Source of the DNA: Paramecium tetraurelia
Taxonomy: Eukaryota
Direction of reading: 5' to 3'
Length of the DNA stretch: 64,000 bases
NCBI GenBank assembly: GCA_000165425.1
Contig: CT868003.1
Location: forward strand, 124,001-188,000
In this document: piece after piece, positions 63,239-64,000 of the stretch
How the letters are laid out: each line of letters starts with the position of its first letter
How positions within the stretch are numbered: position 1 is the stretch's first letter
The notes under the pieces: model-generated
Told to the model about the DNA's origin: nothing
Database searches by the model: none
The model's input: only the letters and a program-made list of their open reading frames with translations
Translations under genes and position numbers: made by a program

Positions 63239-64000
63239 TCAATTCTTCAAGAATGTTGTCAATGAGTCCAACCATTAGATGTACAATCTTTGTTCCTTAT
63301 CCAATGAATAATGTTCAATGAATGCTCCCAACTCATCATTTATTCCAAAGGTTTTCAAATAGTCTACCAAAGCTAATTGTAATCTCTAAAAATAACAATT
63401 AATAATAACCTCATCTAAAGTGATGAAATCTGGACCTGAATAATCTTACAATCCTCTCTCAAATCTTGGAATTTTCTTGTGAGCCTCTAAGTCCTTAATC
63501 AAACTAACTAAATTAACATTAACCTAATAGATAAAATAAATATATATACTTCTCCTTATGATGTGGTACATTCATAGCATAAGATTTATCCATTGCTCTT
63601 TTACAGATAAACTGTGAAGTCAGCATAATCATTATGTGATTCTTATTATTCTTCTTCCTCTTGATTTTACTATTTGTTATTTTATTCTTCTGGTTCTTCC
63701 TCATCTGCTTCATCTGTATTGGGTTGTCTTTATTGGAATTGCACAATGACTTTAACATCACCCACTTATTTTTCCAATGTGATTTCATGATTGCTATCAC
63801 TGTCAACCAATTAGAAACCAGCCTTCTCAACAAATTGAATAGCTGTGTCATCCTCAACATAATTGGTTTTTTCGTATTTCAATTCTTTCTCTACGATTTT
63901 TACTAATTTTTATCCAGCTATTTTATTAATTGAGTGTATACTTTTATTGACCTTCTCCAATTAGGTGCAGAATGGAGCAAAAACTCTTGTAACATTCATT
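63239..64000 (-). CDS. MAM33: Mitochondrial acidic matrix protein MAM33/p32 (C1QBP) family, possibly 5' partial
   Basis: IVEKELKYEK..acidic loop..FTVYLQK..YSGPDFITLDERLQLALVDYLKTFGINDEL..KEQRLYIQWL. Confidence 0.88.

Noticed and set aside
1..64000. The supplied standard-code ORFs as gene calls (e.g. 2105..2317, 31481..31867, 40219..40611, 63661..63906)
   Set aside because: Wrong genetic code and introns ignored. Most are antisense shadows of K/E/Q-rich genes or fragments between TAA/TAG Gln codons.
1..64000. Telomeric repeats, transposons, IESs, tRNA/rRNA genes, CRISPR arrays
   Set aside because: None recognised. Contiguous spliced frames indicate somatic (macronuclear) sequence, and the only rRNA-related matches are the short snoRNA guides.

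Overview
AT-rich, gene-dense ciliate macronuclear DNA, most consistent with Paramecium. Reading frames open only under genetic code 6 (TAA/TAG = Gln, TGA the only stop), and genes are split by ~20-35 nt GT..AG introns, so the supplied standard-code ORF track is mostly fragments or antisense shadows. I translated about 42 genes by eye; coordinates are ATG-to-TGA spans including introns. Recognisable products include RPB5, a UCP-type mitochondrial carrier, an ERD2/KDEL receptor, NDUFA8-like, kinesin-2, IFT20, PP2C, a dual-specificity phosphatase, an M14 carboxypeptidase, a NASP-like chaperone, 3R-Myb, MFS transporters, a CAMK-type kinase and MAM33/p32. The most notable observations are: (1) a double-guide box C/D snoRNA in the 42.1-43.6 kb gap, possibly the first of a small-RNA cluster with repeated CCATAA upstream elements; (2) a chemoreceptor-like 2TM/HAMP-like/TPR/vWA protein; (3) a zinc-module family present as two WD40 genes, a head-to-head WD40-less paralog and a pseudogene relic; (4) Cys-to-Ser variants of an LRAT/NlpC-like protein and a nucleoredoxin; (5) divergent gene pairs whose ATGs are only 8-14 nt apart. 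No databases were searched, so all homology calls come from motif recognition.
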